Assembly: GCA_963697085.1 (NCBI GenBank)
Contig: CAVOMR010000002.1
Span: forward strand, 464,442 to 528,441
From: Candidatus Dormiibacterota bacterium
Lineage (GTDB): Bacteria; Chloroflexota; Dormibacteria; Aeolococcales; Aeolococcaceae
Direction: 5' to 3'
DNA length: 64,000 nucleotides
The translations under genes were made by a program, and so were the position numbers. Numbering within the stretch: position 1 is the stretch's first letter; the number at the start of each line of letters is the position of its first letter. The notes beneath the pieces are model-generated. The model did not search any database. It saw only the letters and a program-made list of their open reading frames with translations, and was not told the origin of the DNA. Below are positions 28,196 to 38,300 of this stretch, one piece after another.

Positions 28196-29576
28196 GCTGA
28201 GACCCCGCGCGCGAGAGCGCGCTCAGGCTCCGGTCGGATTCACCACCGAACGCGCCGCCTCGAGACCCGCCTCGAGCCGTGTGGTGCTCGCCTTGGTGCG
28301 ATCGGGTGCCGTCTTCGACGCCGGCCCCGAACCCGGCGAGACCACTTCCGCCAGGTCGTCGCGCTCGAGAAGCCGGTAGATCTCCGCGGCCCCCTCGTTC
28401 GCGGGTCGGGCGACATCCTCGAGTCCGGCCCGCCCCGCCTCCGCGCCGACCAGGAGCAGGGTCGACGGCGCAGGCCTCGAGATCGTCCTGGCCCATCGAC
28501 AGCGTCACCGCCTGCTCCGCATAGCCGAGCGCGCGCAGCAGCGCGCCACGGCGCAGCGCGACCTCGGCGAGCGCTCGCGACCCGGAGGCGGCGAGCGGGT
28601 CGAGGCCGAGGCTCCGGGAGATGACGACGCTCTCGGTGAGCCGTGACGCCGCGTCGTCGTAGGCGCCGCCGTTCATCGCGATACGGCCGAGGTCGTGGAG
28701 CGTCTCCGCGGCAAGCGTCAGGTCATTCGATCTCCGAGCACTCTCGAGCAGCTCCTCGCCGTACCGGGCGGACGCGGCGAGATCGTTGCGCGAACGGGCG
28801 AGGCCGCTGAGCGCGGCGAGCGTGCGCTCGCGGATCTGGCGGTCGGCGCTGCCGCTCAGCGAGAGCGCCTGCTCGAGGCACAGCTCGGCGTGCGCGGTGT
28901 CGCCGTTGTGGAATGCCTCCGCGGCAACGTCGATGAGCAGACCCGCGGTTGCTCCGCGAAGATCTCCGCGCTGATCGCGCGCGAGCGCCTCGCCGATGTT
29001 GCGCATGGCGTGACCGCCGCGGCCGGCGTCGAGCTCCACGCGCGCCAGGTTGACGAGCGCCTTGGCGACGATGGGGTCGTCGCCGGCGCGGCGCCCGAGC
29101 TCCGCCGACTTCTCGAGCAGCGCCACGGCGGTCACGGCGTCACCTGCCCGGGCAGAGTGCCGGCCCCACTCACCGGCGACAGCCGCCTGGAGGACGACAT
29201 CCCCGCTGCGTTCCGCAAGCCGGAGCGCGGCCTGCCAGTACGAGTCGGCGGCGCCGTTGTTCGCCCCCGACAGCGCCGCCGCGAGATCTGACATCGCGCT
29301 CGACGCCCAGTCCGCCCGAGCGAGCGACCAGACGTTCAGTGCGCCGAGAACGTCTGCCGTCGCAGCCGAGAGATCCCCGAGCAACTGGTGCGCGAGACCC
29401 CGGGCGAGGAGCGCGGCCCCACGCTGCTCCGGATGTCCCTCCGCCGAAAGGCGGTCGAGCGCACGGTCGTACGCGGAGACCGCGTCGGCCAGGCGTCCGT
29501 CCCGAAGGGCGGCGGCGCCTGCGGCGAGATCATCAGGCCGATCCGGCTGCACTGAGGCGTTTGGTTGAAGAGACAC
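28161..29576 (-). CDS. TPR-repeat protein (C-terminus probably continues in another frame; likely real stop near 28223)
   Basis: Repeated ...ALLARGLAHQLLGDLSAATADVLGALNVWSLA..., ...AKALVNLARVELDAGRGGHAMRNIGEALARD... TPR-like helices; after MGQDDLEA the track frame becomes Gly/Arg junk while an alternate frame reads STLLLVGAEAGRAGLEDVARPANEGAAEIYRLLERDDLAEVV...NPTGA*. Confidence 0.6.
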   Translation of the reverse strand: MSLQPNASVQPDRPDDLAAGAAALRDGRLADAVSAYDRALDRLSAEGHPEQRGAALLARGLAHQLLGDLSAATADVLGALNVWSLARADWASSAMSDLAAALSGANNGAADSYWQAALRLAERSGDVVLQAAVAGEWGRHSARAGDAVTAVALLEKSAELGRRAGDDPIVAKALVNLARVELDAGRGGHAMRNIGEALARDQRGDLRGATAGLLIDVAAEAFHNGDTAHAELCLEQALSLSGSADRQIRERTLAALSGLARSRNDLAASARYGEELLESARRSNDLTLAAETLHDLGRIAMNGGAYDDAASRLTESVVISRSLGLDPLAASGSRALAEVALRRGALLRALGYAEQAVTLSMGQDDLEACAVDPAPGRRGGGAGRTRGCRPTRERGGRGDLPASRARRPGGSGLAGFGAGVEDGTRSHQGEHHTARGGSRGGAFGGESDRSLSALSRAGSQLSSRERRAAGW

Positions 29577-30030
29577 GGCTGACCTGAAGTTTCCAGGACT
29601 GAGGCATGCATGCGTTCGCCTGTAACAGTGGGTGGTGCGGCATCGTTACGAGACCTTCGTCTGCCGACCGGGATTGGCCGCTTAGGCTCACCAGAGTGAG
29701 CGAGGCCATCCGCGACCGATCGCGCGCATCTGACTGTCGTGGCTGAGGCTGTGAGCCGGGAGCTCACGCAGCCCGCGACGACGCGCACCCCCGGGAGCTC
29801 CGACCGACCCGCCGGCCGCCTGCCGATGCGCAGACCGCGCGCGGAAGCCACGGCCATGCCGACCCGCGATCGCAGGATGGGCATCGAGCGGACGATCGAG
29901 CTCAGCCGCTGGATGGTGCTCATCTTCGCCGCAGTCGCCAACAACTTTCCCGGAACTCGCGACCGGACAATCCACCGCGGCCGTCAACCTGGTCCTCGGC
30001 AGCTGGGGCGTCTTCAACCTCGCGGCGACG

Positions 30031-31122
30031 GTGATGCTCCTCGCGCACCGCGTCCCGGGCCGCAGCCTGCAGCTTGCGACGATCGCGCTCGACCTCGCAG
30101 TGTCGAGCGGGCTCGTGTACCTCACCGGGGGATACAACTCGGACCTCGCCATCACGTTCTTCATCGTGGTGATCGCGAGCAGCCTGCGGTTCGGACTCGC
30201 CGGCAGCATGGCGTGCGCGCTCGTCGCCGGGTTGTCGTACTTCATCGTCGGATTCAACGTCGCCAATCACCATCTCAACACGCCGCTCGTCGATGCGCTC
30301 GTGTCGCGTCTGTTCCTGCTGTTCGTCGTTGCGTTGAGCAGCAACCTGCTTGCCCGCGAGTTGGTTGGCGAGCGCGATCGTCAGGTGCGCCGATCCATCG
30401 AGCTCGAGCACGCCGCGTTCGCGGAGCTGCGCGAGGTTGACCGGATCAAGAGCGAATTCATGATGCTGGCATCACACGAGCTGCGCACGCCGCTCACAAA
30501 GATCAAGGCGTGGCTCACGCTGATGCACGACGCGGGCGATCGTCTCCCGCAGGATGCGCGCGACGAAGGACTGCACGAGCTGCGACTGGAGGCCGAGCAC
30601 CTCGCGCGCCTCACCGACAACCTGTTGTGCATCGCGCAGCTCGAGTCAGGTGAGATCCGTCTCAAAACAGCCGCGGTCGACCTCGAGAATGTCTTCCGTG
30701 AGGTGATCGCGCGGTTCGTCGAATCCGCCGACCACGATCGCTTCGCGATCACCGTCGCGCCGGATGCGCAGCGCGTGCTCGCAGACCACGAGCGCCTCGC
30801 GCTGGTCGTCGCCTGCCTCATCGACAATGCATTGAAGTTCTCACCCGAGTCGGAGCCCGTGCGCGTCACGACGTACCGCGCCGTGAACAAGGTGCACGTC
30901 GAGGTGCGCGACAACGGACGGCGCATCCCGGACAGCGATGTCGACCGCGTGTTCGCATCGTTCTATCAGGTGGAGTCGCCGCTGTTGCGTCAGCGCGGTG
31001 GCTTCGGTGTGGGCCTCTATCTCGCCCGGCAGCTCATCGAGCGCATGGGCGGCAGGATCTGGATCGACAACTCGCGCGCCAGGGGCAACACGTTCGTGGT
31101 TGCGCTGCCGGTGCACGTGTGA
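30031..31122 (+). CDS. Membrane-bound sensor histidine kinase (HisKA + HATPase_c); N-terminus probably extends to about 29877 across a frameshift near 29955
   Basis: TM helices (ITFFIVVIASSLRFGLAGSMACALVAGLSYFIVGF) then EFMMLASHELRTPLTKIKAW (H-box)...IDNALKFSPES...VRDNGRRIPDSDVDRVFASFYQ...GGFGVGLYLARQLIERMGGRIWIDNSRARGNTFVVALP; upstream MGIERTIELSRWMVLIFAAVANNFP (frame 0) fits as an extra TM segment. Confidence 0.85.
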   Translation: MMLLAHRVPGRSLQLATIALDLAVSSGLVYLTGGYNSDLAITFFIVVIASSLRFGLAGSMACALVAGLSYFIVGFNVANHHLNTPLVDALVSRLFLLFVVALSSNLLARELVGERDRQVRRSIELEHAAFAELREVDRIKSEFMMLASHELRTPLTKIKAWLTLMHDAGDRLPQDARDEGLHELRLEAEHLARLTDNLLCIAQLESGEIRLKTAAVDLENVFREVIARFVESADHDRFAITVAPDAQRVLADHERLALVVACLIDNALKFSPESEPVRVTTYRAVNKVHVEVRDNGRRIPDSDVDRVFASFYQVESPLLRQRGGFGVGLYLARQLIERMGGRIWIDNSRARGNTFVVALPVHV

Positions 31123-31234
31123 TCACCACGACACCGCGAGACGTCGACGGCTCGCTTGTGATCCGGTTGCAGACGCGTAAAGACGGGCAACGCCTGCGTA
31201 ACCACCGCAGAGGCATCCGCGCTGCGGTGCTACC

Positions 31235-32095
31235 TTGCGGCGGTGGGCACGTTTGGTGCGCTCGACCCGAAGTGAAGGACAGATGACGACGTTCACCGAA
31301 TCCATCCTGGCTCCGCTCGGACACGGCGTGGTCCGGGCCCCCGCGGAAGCGACGGTGCTGGTCATCGACGATGACCCGGCGATGCGCGACATCCTCTCGA
31401 CGGTTGCACAGCAGCACGGGTTCGGCCTGCAGTTCGCCGAGGACGGCGCCGAAGGGCTCCGCCTTGCCGAGCAGAGCGACGTCGACCTCATCCTCCTCGA
31501 CCTCAGCCTGCCGGGCATGCCCGGCCTGGACGTATGCAGGCGGCTGCGCGGGGCCGGCGTCGAGGTGCCGATCATCATCCTGTCGGCAAGCACCGACACC
31601 GTCGATGTCGTCGTCGCGCTCGAGATCGGGGCCGACGACTACATCGCGAAACCCTTCGAGATCCGCGAGCTGGCGGCGCGAGTCAACGCGAAGCTGCGCC
31701 GGCAACGGACCACGCAGTCGCAGGTGCGTCCTGGGCGTCTCAAGTTCCCCGGCCTCATCGTCGACATCGGCAGGCACGAGGTCCTCCGTGACGGTGAGTC
31801 GGTGAACCTCACCCCCACCGAGTTCGATCTCCTCGCGCTGCTCTCCGCGTCACCGGGCCGGGTGATCTCGCGCTCCGAGATGATCCAGAAGGTCTGGGGC
31901 CAGGGCGCCGACCTGGACCTGCGCAGCGTCGACGCGCACGTCTACCGCCTGCGCAGGAAGATCGAGCCGATCGGCCCGAGGCCAACCTACATCCACGCGG
32001 TCCCCGGGATCGGCTACCGCTTCGAGCGCCGGGGCCTCAACGAGCGGCTGTCGCGGAGCGCGACGGAGTCCGAGGAGACCGGTCTAGCCAGCTGA
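31235..32095 (+). CDS. OmpR-family response regulator (REC + winged-helix Trans_reg_C)
   Basis: ATVLVIDDDPAMRDILSTVAQQHGFGLQFAEDGAEGLRLA...LILLDLSLPGMPGLDVCRRLR...IIILSAS...DDYIAKPFEIRELAARV...VNLTPTEFDLLALLSASPGRVISRSEMIQKVWG...IHAVPGIGYRF; real start probably MTTFTESIL (31283). Confidence 0.88.
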   Translation: MRRWARLVRSTRSEGQMTTFTESILAPLGHGVVRAPAEATVLVIDDDPAMRDILSTVAQQHGFGLQFAEDGAEGLRLAEQSDVDLILLDLSLPGMPGLDVCRRLRGAGVEVPIIILSASTDTVDVVVALEIGADDYIAKPFEIRELAARVNAKLRRQRTTQSQVRPGRLKFPGLIVDIGRHEVLRDGESVNLTPTEFDLLALLSASPGRVISRSEMIQKVWGQGADLDLRSVDAHVYRLRRKIEPIGPRPTYIHAVPGIGYRFERRGLNERLSRSATESEETGLAS

Positions 32096-32455
32096 CGGTG
32101 GCGGCACGCTCAACCTGGCGCGGTTCGTCAGGCTGCGCGGCAGCGGCCGGCGGGGCTCGGCGTCCTCGACGAGGACCAGTTGCCCGCGTTCGTTCAGTGT
32201 CGCCGGGCGGGCTTCAACGATCTGACCACGGAGGAGCGAGAGCGGGCGGCCGTGCGGTCGCTGGAACTCGAAGCACACGGCTTCGTGTCCGTCCCAGAGC
32301 CGGCGTCTCGAGGAGCCGGTGAAGACGGCAAGGCTCCGCGTCACCCGACGCTGCTGCGGGGTACGCAGGCTGTACGAGATCCGGTACATCTCACCACGTC
32401 GCAGCTGGACGCCCTCCACCTCTCCGTGATGGTCTGCACTTTGTGCATTCATCAT
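32084..32455 (-). CDS. Hypothetical protein
   Basis: 123-aa ORF, no recognisable domain; competing plus-strand ORF 32180..32506 looks less protein-like. Confidence 0.3.
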   Translation of the reverse strand: MMNAQSADHHGEVEGVQLRRGEMYRISYSLRTPQQRRVTRSLAVFTGSSRRRLWDGHEAVCFEFQRPHGRPLSLLRGQIVEARPATLNERGQLVLVEDAEPRRPLPRSLTNRARLSVPPPSAG

Positions 32456-32563
32456 TACTTTGGAAGTATTGACGCGTTCTGTGCTCCGGCCTCCGACCCC
32501 GAGTGACGCTCGAGTGACAGAGCGCCATCGTGTCGCCCGCCGTCCATCTCAGGGCGACCTGCC

Positions 32564-33388
32564 TTGGCTATCGAGTTGCGGTGCAAACTATCGTGCAGGG
32601 GACAAGTGACCACATCCATCGCATGCGTGTCCGGAAAGGGCGGGGTGGGCAAGACCACGACCGTCATCAACCTCGGCGCCGCGCTCGCCGAGCAGGGCAA
32701 ACACGTCCTGCTCGTCGACTGTGATCCGCAGTCGAACCTGACGAGCGGCGTCGGGCTCGACCCGTACGACGAGCGCCCCGGGATTGCAGCGGTCATGGCC
32801 GGCAGCGTCGATGCCGCCGCCGCGATCGTCGAGACGGGCTGGGCGAACCTCTCGGTGCTCCCCGCGTCACCCGACCTCTCGGCCGTCGAGGGCGAGCTTG
32901 CCTCCTCCATCGACAAGGAGCTGGTCCTCCGTGACGCGCTGCGCCGCGACGGCACTCGCGCCACCTTCGACTACGTCCTGTTCGACACGCCGCCGAGCTT
33001 CGGCTTTCACACCATCAGCGCGCTGGCGGCTGCCAGCGAGGTCCTCATCCCGGTGCAGATGTCCGGGTTCGCCATCCGCGGGCTCAAGGAGGTGCTGCGG
33101 ACCGTCCACCTGGTGCGCAGCCGCCTCAATCCGGACCTCGCGATCCTCGGGATCGTGCCGACCTTCGTGAACCTCCGCACCAAGTTCAGCCGTCAGCTGC
33201 TCGACGGGCTCTGCGAGCTCGCCAACATCCGCGTCTTCGCGACCGTGATCACGCCGACCGTCAAGCTCCAGGAAACGTCGCTCGCCGGGGTCCCGATCAC
33301 CGCGTACGCATCGTCCTCGAAGGCCGCGGCCGCGTATCGTGAGCTTGCCGGCGAGGTCGTGGGCGGCGAGGTGGAAGCCGGTGTCTGA
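32564..33388 (+). CDS. parA: ParA/Soj-family partitioning ATPase
   Basis: [46 protein letters not shown] (deviant Walker A)...[28 protein letters not shown]...; start probably the GTG at about 32606. Confidence 0.88.
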   Translation: MAIELRCKLSCRGQVTTSIACVSGKGGVGKTTTVINLGAALAEQGKHVLLVDCDPQSNLTSGVGLDPYDERPGIAAVMAGSVDAAAAIVETGWANLSVLPASPDLSAVEGELASSIDKELVLRDALRRDGTRATFDYVLFDTPPSFGFHTISALAAASEVLIPVQMSGFAIRGLKEVLRTVHLVRSRLNPDLAILGIVPTFVNLRTKFSRQLLDGLCELANIRVFATVITPTVKLQETSLAGVPITAYASSSKAAAAYRELAGEVVGGEVEAGV

Positions 33389-34058
33389 GATCGAGGAGCG
33401 ATCGGCGCAGGGGATCAACGGTCCGCCGCTGTCGGGCCCGATGGCACGCTGGCTCGCACCCACCTCGGAGTCGCGCGTCGAGCGGATCCCGATCGATGCC
33501 GTGCACGACCGGCCGTGGTGGCCGGGCAGTGACGTCGATGCGGCGACGCTCGGGGCCCTGAAAGCGAGCATCGCGTCCCGCGGGATCATCGAGCCCCTCC
33601 TGCTCCGCCGCCGCGGGAGTGACAGCTTCGAGGTCGTCTGCGGTTCGCGCAGGCTGCGCGCCGCGCGCGAGCTCGGTCAGGCGCATATCCCGGCGATCGT
33701 TCGCGAGCTCTCGGAGCGCGAGGCCCTGCTGGTCGCCGCATGGACCACCGTCGAGCGAAGGCAGCACACCGGTGATCGCACCGCGCTCAGCGAGCGCCTC
33801 CTCGCAGCCGGGTTCACCCAGGACGAGACGCGAGTGCTCGCCGACCAGCCGTCGCTCGCCGCCGGGCAGCCGGTGGTCCACCGTCCCGCCCCGTCCTTCG
33901 TGCTCCGCCCCGAGCCGCTCTCGCGTCCACGACGGTTCGCCGCCGACATCGCGTTCGAGCTTCCCCATGCCGAGGTCCTGCCACTCATGGCGCCGGAGGC
34001 GCTGGCCGCCGCGCTCGCTGCCCTTGACGGAGTGAGCCCGGTCGCCCTCGTGCGGTGA
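33381..34058 (+). CDS. Compact ParB-like protein (ParB N-terminal/Srx domain + HTH, no canonical C-terminal dimerisation domain; Pro-rich tail)
   Basis: [120 protein letters not shown]; GTG start overlaps the parA stop. Confidence 0.75.
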   Translation: MSEIEERSAQGINGPPLSGPMARWLAPTSESRVERIPIDAVHDRPWWPGSDVDAATLGALKASIASRGIIEPLLLRRRGSDSFEVVCGSRRLRAARELGQAHIPAIVRELSEREALLVAAWTTVERRQHTGDRTALSERLLAAGFTQDETRVLADQPSLAAGQPVVHRPAPSFVLRPEPLSRPRRFAADIAFELPHAEVLPLMAPEALAAALAALDGVSPVALVR

Positions 34059-34558
34059 GCACTGTCCCGCGCCACTCCGAGGAAGAGCTCCGCCAGCAGT
34101 GGGCGTTCCTCGACGCGCTCGTCGAGCGTCAGGCCAGCAGCTTGAAGTCGGGAGTCCAGGATCCCGAGGAGGAGGATCTCCCGGTGGCGGCGGTGCAGAT
34201 CGACGGCCACTACCAGGAGGAGATCTCCGCGCTTACGCAGCGGGTGACCAGCCTCGAGAGCGAGCGCACCTCGCTGCTGCGCCGCATCGATCTTTCGGAG
34301 CAGGCGCGCATGGCGGCCGAGACCGCCCGGATGGCCGCCGAGGCAGCGCGGGTCTCGGCCGAGCGCGCCCTCGCGCAGGAGCGGCTCGGTGCCGGACTGG
34401 CCGCAGCGCCGCTCGCCTCGGTCGCCAGTCCGCCGGCCCCGGTGACGCCGCGGGTCCCTCAGCCTCCAGCCGCCACTTCCCAGCCGCTGCCGGCGCGACC
34501 CGTCGCCACCGCCCCGCGTGCCCGGCGCCGGAGCTGGTGGCAGCGATTCAGGGAGTAG
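34055..34558 (+). CDS. Coiled-coil protein with Pro/Ala-rich C-terminus (possible partition-complex accessory protein)
   Basis: [26 protein letters not shown]...ISALTQRVTSLESERTSLLRRIDLSEQARMAAETARMAAEAARVSAERALAQERL then PPAPVTPRVPQPPAATSQPLPARP; start overlaps the ParB-like stop (GTGA). Confidence 0.5.
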   Translation: MSTVPRHSEEELRQQWAFLDALVERQASSLKSGVQDPEEEDLPVAAVQIDGHYQEEISALTQRVTSLESERTSLLRRIDLSEQARMAAETARMAAEAARVSAERALAQERLGAGLAAAPLASVASPPAPVTPRVPQPPAATSQPLPARPVATAPRARRRSWWQRFRE

Positions 34559-35351
34559 CCGCCCCCGCGGGCTTCGGCCGGCGTCCCTGCGCCATGCCGA
34601 CGAACTGGCGCAGCGCCTCCGTCGGCGAGGGGCGCGTCGCAACCTCGCGAAGCAGCATCTTGCTCTCGGTGAGGAGCTCGGCGTCGGGCAGCTCGCCGCG
34701 GCCGGAGGTCGCGACGACCCACCCCGGCGAGTACCAGAGCACGGTCTCGAATGCGAGGCCGCTCAGGGTCAGGCCGTTGAGGAGCGAGTTGGTGATTCGT
34801 GACAGCGGCCGTTTCGCGTTGGTGACAACGATGCCTCGGATCCGGTCGAGCACCTCGAGCTGCTGAGCCAGTCCGACGGTCAGCGCCGCCGCGCGCAGCG
34901 AGAGGATGTCGAGCGCGGTCGGGACCACGATCCGGTCGGCGGCGCCCATCGGCCCGATGAGCGACGGCTCGTGGGGGTGGGTGTCGAGCAGGATGATGTC
35001 GCAATCGTCACGAACGTCAGCGAGCATCTCATCGAGCTGCTCCTTTGACGGTGATTCGTCATTCAGGCTTCGATGTGACGCCACCGTTCGGATCCCGAGT
35101 GGGTGATCGATGAGCGCGTCGCGGAGGCTGACCCTTCCGTGCAGCACGTCGATGACCGTGATATTGCGCTTCGCGCGTTCCAGCGCATTGCTCAATCCGC
35201 CTGTCGGATCGAGGTCGATGGCGATGACTCGGAGACCACCGGCCGCCGCGGCGGCGCACAGCGCATAGCTGCTGGTCGTCTTTCCGACACCACCTTTTAG
35301 CGACGCTATCGTGATGACTTCTGCGGGCACGTCGGTAGAATATCCGCACAT
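34548..35351 (-). CDS. Second ParA/MinD-like ATPase (orphan, divergent from the giant acidic protein gene)
   Basis: [47 protein letters not shown]...CDIILLDTHPHEPSLIGPMGAADRIVVPTALDILSLRAAALTV...; start chosen at MCGYS inside track ORF 34548..35402. Confidence 0.8.
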   Translation of the reverse strand: MCGYSTDVPAEVITIASLKGGVGKTTSSYALCAAAAAGGLRVIAIDLDPTGGLSNALERAKRNITVIDVLHGRVSLRDALIDHPLGIRTVASHRSLNDESPSKEQLDEMLADVRDDCDIILLDTHPHEPSLIGPMGAADRIVVPTALDILSLRAAALTVGLAQQLEVLDRIRGIVVTNAKRPLSRITNSLLNGLTLSGLAFETVLWYSPGWVVATSGRGELPDAELLTESKMLLREVATRPSPTEALRQFVGMAQGRRPKPAGAATP

Positions 35352-38300
35352 GGCCACTGCGGCGCCCCATGTCAAGCTACTGCGACAGCTTGCCAGCGCC
35401 AAAGATGATTATTTGAGTGGCGCGTTCGACATTTCCTGGGACGGCGCCAAAGCAACGCTCTACCTGGTCTTCGGACGGCCAAGCCACGCTGTCTTCGATA
35501 CGGACCAGGCGCAGATCGAAGGGGAAGCAGCGATCGACGCGCTGCTCGCCGAGCTGCCGAGAACGTTCGTGGTTTCGGACTGGCGTCGCGCGATGTCACC
35601 GCAGGAAACGCTTTCGATCTCCATCGACGAGCTTGCAGGCCCGTTTGTGCGGCTTGCGGGCTCCTACGCAGACGATCCCGTCAGCGATGAGAACCCCGAA
35701 TGGTGGAGCTCCGATGACAGCTCGCCGGACCTCGCGTTCGGACTCGCGGACTTTCCGCTGCTGCCCGGCGGACGTCCGCTCTGGGCGGAAACCTCCCCGG
35801 AAAACGTCAACCTCGCCGAACGTCTCGCAGAGCTGCCTCCGTCCATCCTGATCCTCACCGGCGCGAAGTTGCGCGCGGCGGCGGTCGTGAGCGGCGGCGA
35901 CATCATCGATGCGGTCTGGATCGACGATGAGGACCAGGCTCGCGGTGAAGCCGCCGGCATGGCGATTCTCGGCGCCAGCAAGGGGACGCTCGCCGGGTAC
36001 GCACTCGACGACCCGCGCGTTGCGGAGGCGCTCACCATGCTCTGGCGCCTGCCGCGCGCCGTCGACGGCATCGAGATGGCATGGCTCGACCCCGCGTCGA
36101 TGCTGGCGGCATTTCGGGCGGACGGGCTTGACCGTGTGCTCGTCATCGATGCGCCAGTGCGCGGCATCGCCCTCTTCAGTCGTGGTGGCCTCGTGGCGGT
36201 GTACTCGGAGACCCAGCGTTCGGCGGTCGCGTCGCCGGAACGGCTGCGGTCGCTCCTGTCGCAGGCGAGAGGACGGCTCACCGTCATGGAGCGCAAGCCG
36301 CGGCCGGTCGCCGCGGGTGCGGCGCACACGATCCCGAGCGCGGTCGACTTCTTCTCCGTGGTCGCGGAACCCGAGCCTGAGGCCGAGGCTGCAAGCGCTG
36401 CAGAGCCTGAGGCGGCCAGCGAACACGCGGCGCCCGCTGTGGCGGATGCGACGGCGGTGCCTGCCGTCGCGGATGAAGTGGCGACCGCTGTCGCCGAGCC
36501 CGAATCCGCCGAGGCGACCGTCAGCGAGCCTGCCGGTCGGACCGGGCCGGCTCAGGGCTCGGTGGCAGAGGAAGCGGCTGAGACTGAGCCCGGCGCTGAG
36601 GCACCCGCCCAGGCCTTTGCAGCTGCGGAGCCCGCCGCCGGTACGACGGACACCGAGCCGGAATCTGCGACGACCGAGCCGGAATCTGCGACGACCGAGC
36701 CGGAATCTGCGACGACCGAGCCGGCCGTGGAGCACGCGACCGAGGCTGTGGCGACTGGCCCCGAAAGCGAAGCGGACGCTCTCCCGCCGCCTCCTCCAGG
36801 AGACGCCGGCGTCGCAGCCGCCGAACACGCACCTCCCCCGCCCGCGCCGGAAGGCGTCGCGGAGCCCGCGCGCAAGGCCAAGCGACATTGGTGGGCGTTT
36901 GGCACGCGGCGCAAGAGCTCGACACAGGCACCATCAGAGGCAGACAGGGCGGCCGCCGAAGCGGCCGCGGCCCGGGAGGCGGCCGAGGCCGCGTCGTCCG
37001 CGGGCTGGGGAATTCGCCAGCTCGATGCCGGTGCTCCGCCGCCCTGGACGCGCCCACGCGACTACGTCCTCGGCGACACCGAGACTGCTGACGACGGCAC
37101 GGAGGCTCCGCCGCCGGCGCCCGAAGCCGCAGCCGAGGAGACGGCCACCCAGGAGCCGGCCTCGACGTGGTCGGTGATCGAACCGGGAGCGACCCACACT
37201 CACTGGCCTGTCAGCGCCACCACCGAGGCGAGCGGCGACGCGCAGCAAACCGAGCCGGCGGCGGCGAGCCCCGCCGACGAGGTCTCGGCACCGCCCGCGA
37301 CCGAGCCTGCCGAAGGCGAGGCGGCGCCCAGCGGTGAACCCGATGAGAGCGACGCCGCATCCACCGGCGAACCGGCCGCAGCAGCAGGCGCCCCCGAAGT
37401 CGAAGCGGTTGCTGCGCATGCAGAGGACACGGGCAGCACGGAACCCGCTTCGGTGGCAGCCCCAGCGTGGTCCGCGCGAGAGGTGATCGCCGATTCAGTC
37501 AGCTGGTACCAGCCGCCGCAGCACCCCGATGCCTCGTCCGAGGCTCCCGCCGATGCAGCGCAGGACGCTGCAGAGGACAGTGGGGCCGGCGATGCCGTTG
37601 CCGGGGTTGACCACGAGCTTCCTGCGCCCGGCGACGACGAGCAGGAGACGCTCGCCGCGGCCGAGCACGAACCCGCTGCCGAAGACGACCAGAAGGCCCC
37701 TGCGGAAGCCGACCACGACGTCGCCGCGGCCGAGCACGAACCCGCTGCCGAAGCCGACCACGACGTCGCCGCGGCCGAGCACGAACCCGCTGCCGAAGCC
37801 GACCACGAGGCCTCGACGGAAGCCGACCACGACGTCGCCGCAGAGAGTGCCGACATCCCTGCAGCAGAAGCCTCGCCCGACACAACTGGCGAGCAGCATG
37901 AGCACGACGAAGGCGAGGAAGAGATCGAGCCTGTCGCTGATGCGCATCCCGAGACGGACACGGCACGTGATTTCTGGGCCGAGTTTGCGACGCCCGATCA
38001 CGACGCTTCAGCCGAGGATCAGGAGCAGGAGCCCGAACCGCTGGCGGTCACCGAGACGACGGCCGGCACCGACGAACATATAGAAGATGAGTCCGAGGCG
38101 GCAGTCGAGCCTGATTCGGAAGCTGAGCACGCGCCCGTCGCCGCCGACGATGCCGAGCCTCTGAAGCGCAAGTCGTCGGGAAGGACCTTCGCACCGTGGA
38201 ACTGGCCGCTTGCCGAGGCGGAGACGCCGGTCGCTCCCGCTTCCGTCGGGAGGCCGGCCCCGGTCGTCGACGAGGAGCCCGCGCTCGTCACGGCAGAGGC

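Noticed and set aside
35596-36888. 430-aa minus-strand ORF opposite the giant acidic gene
   Set aside because: Antisense of the Ala/Glu-rich repeat region gives a Arg/Gly-rich shadow ORF. No homology.
36652-37848. Possible CRISPR array suggested by regular short direct repeats
   Set aside because: Repeats are in frame inside a long ORF and encode TEPESAT / AEHEPAAEADHDVAA peptide repeats. There are no unique spacers of uniform length and no cas genes. They are coding tandem repeats, not CRISPR.
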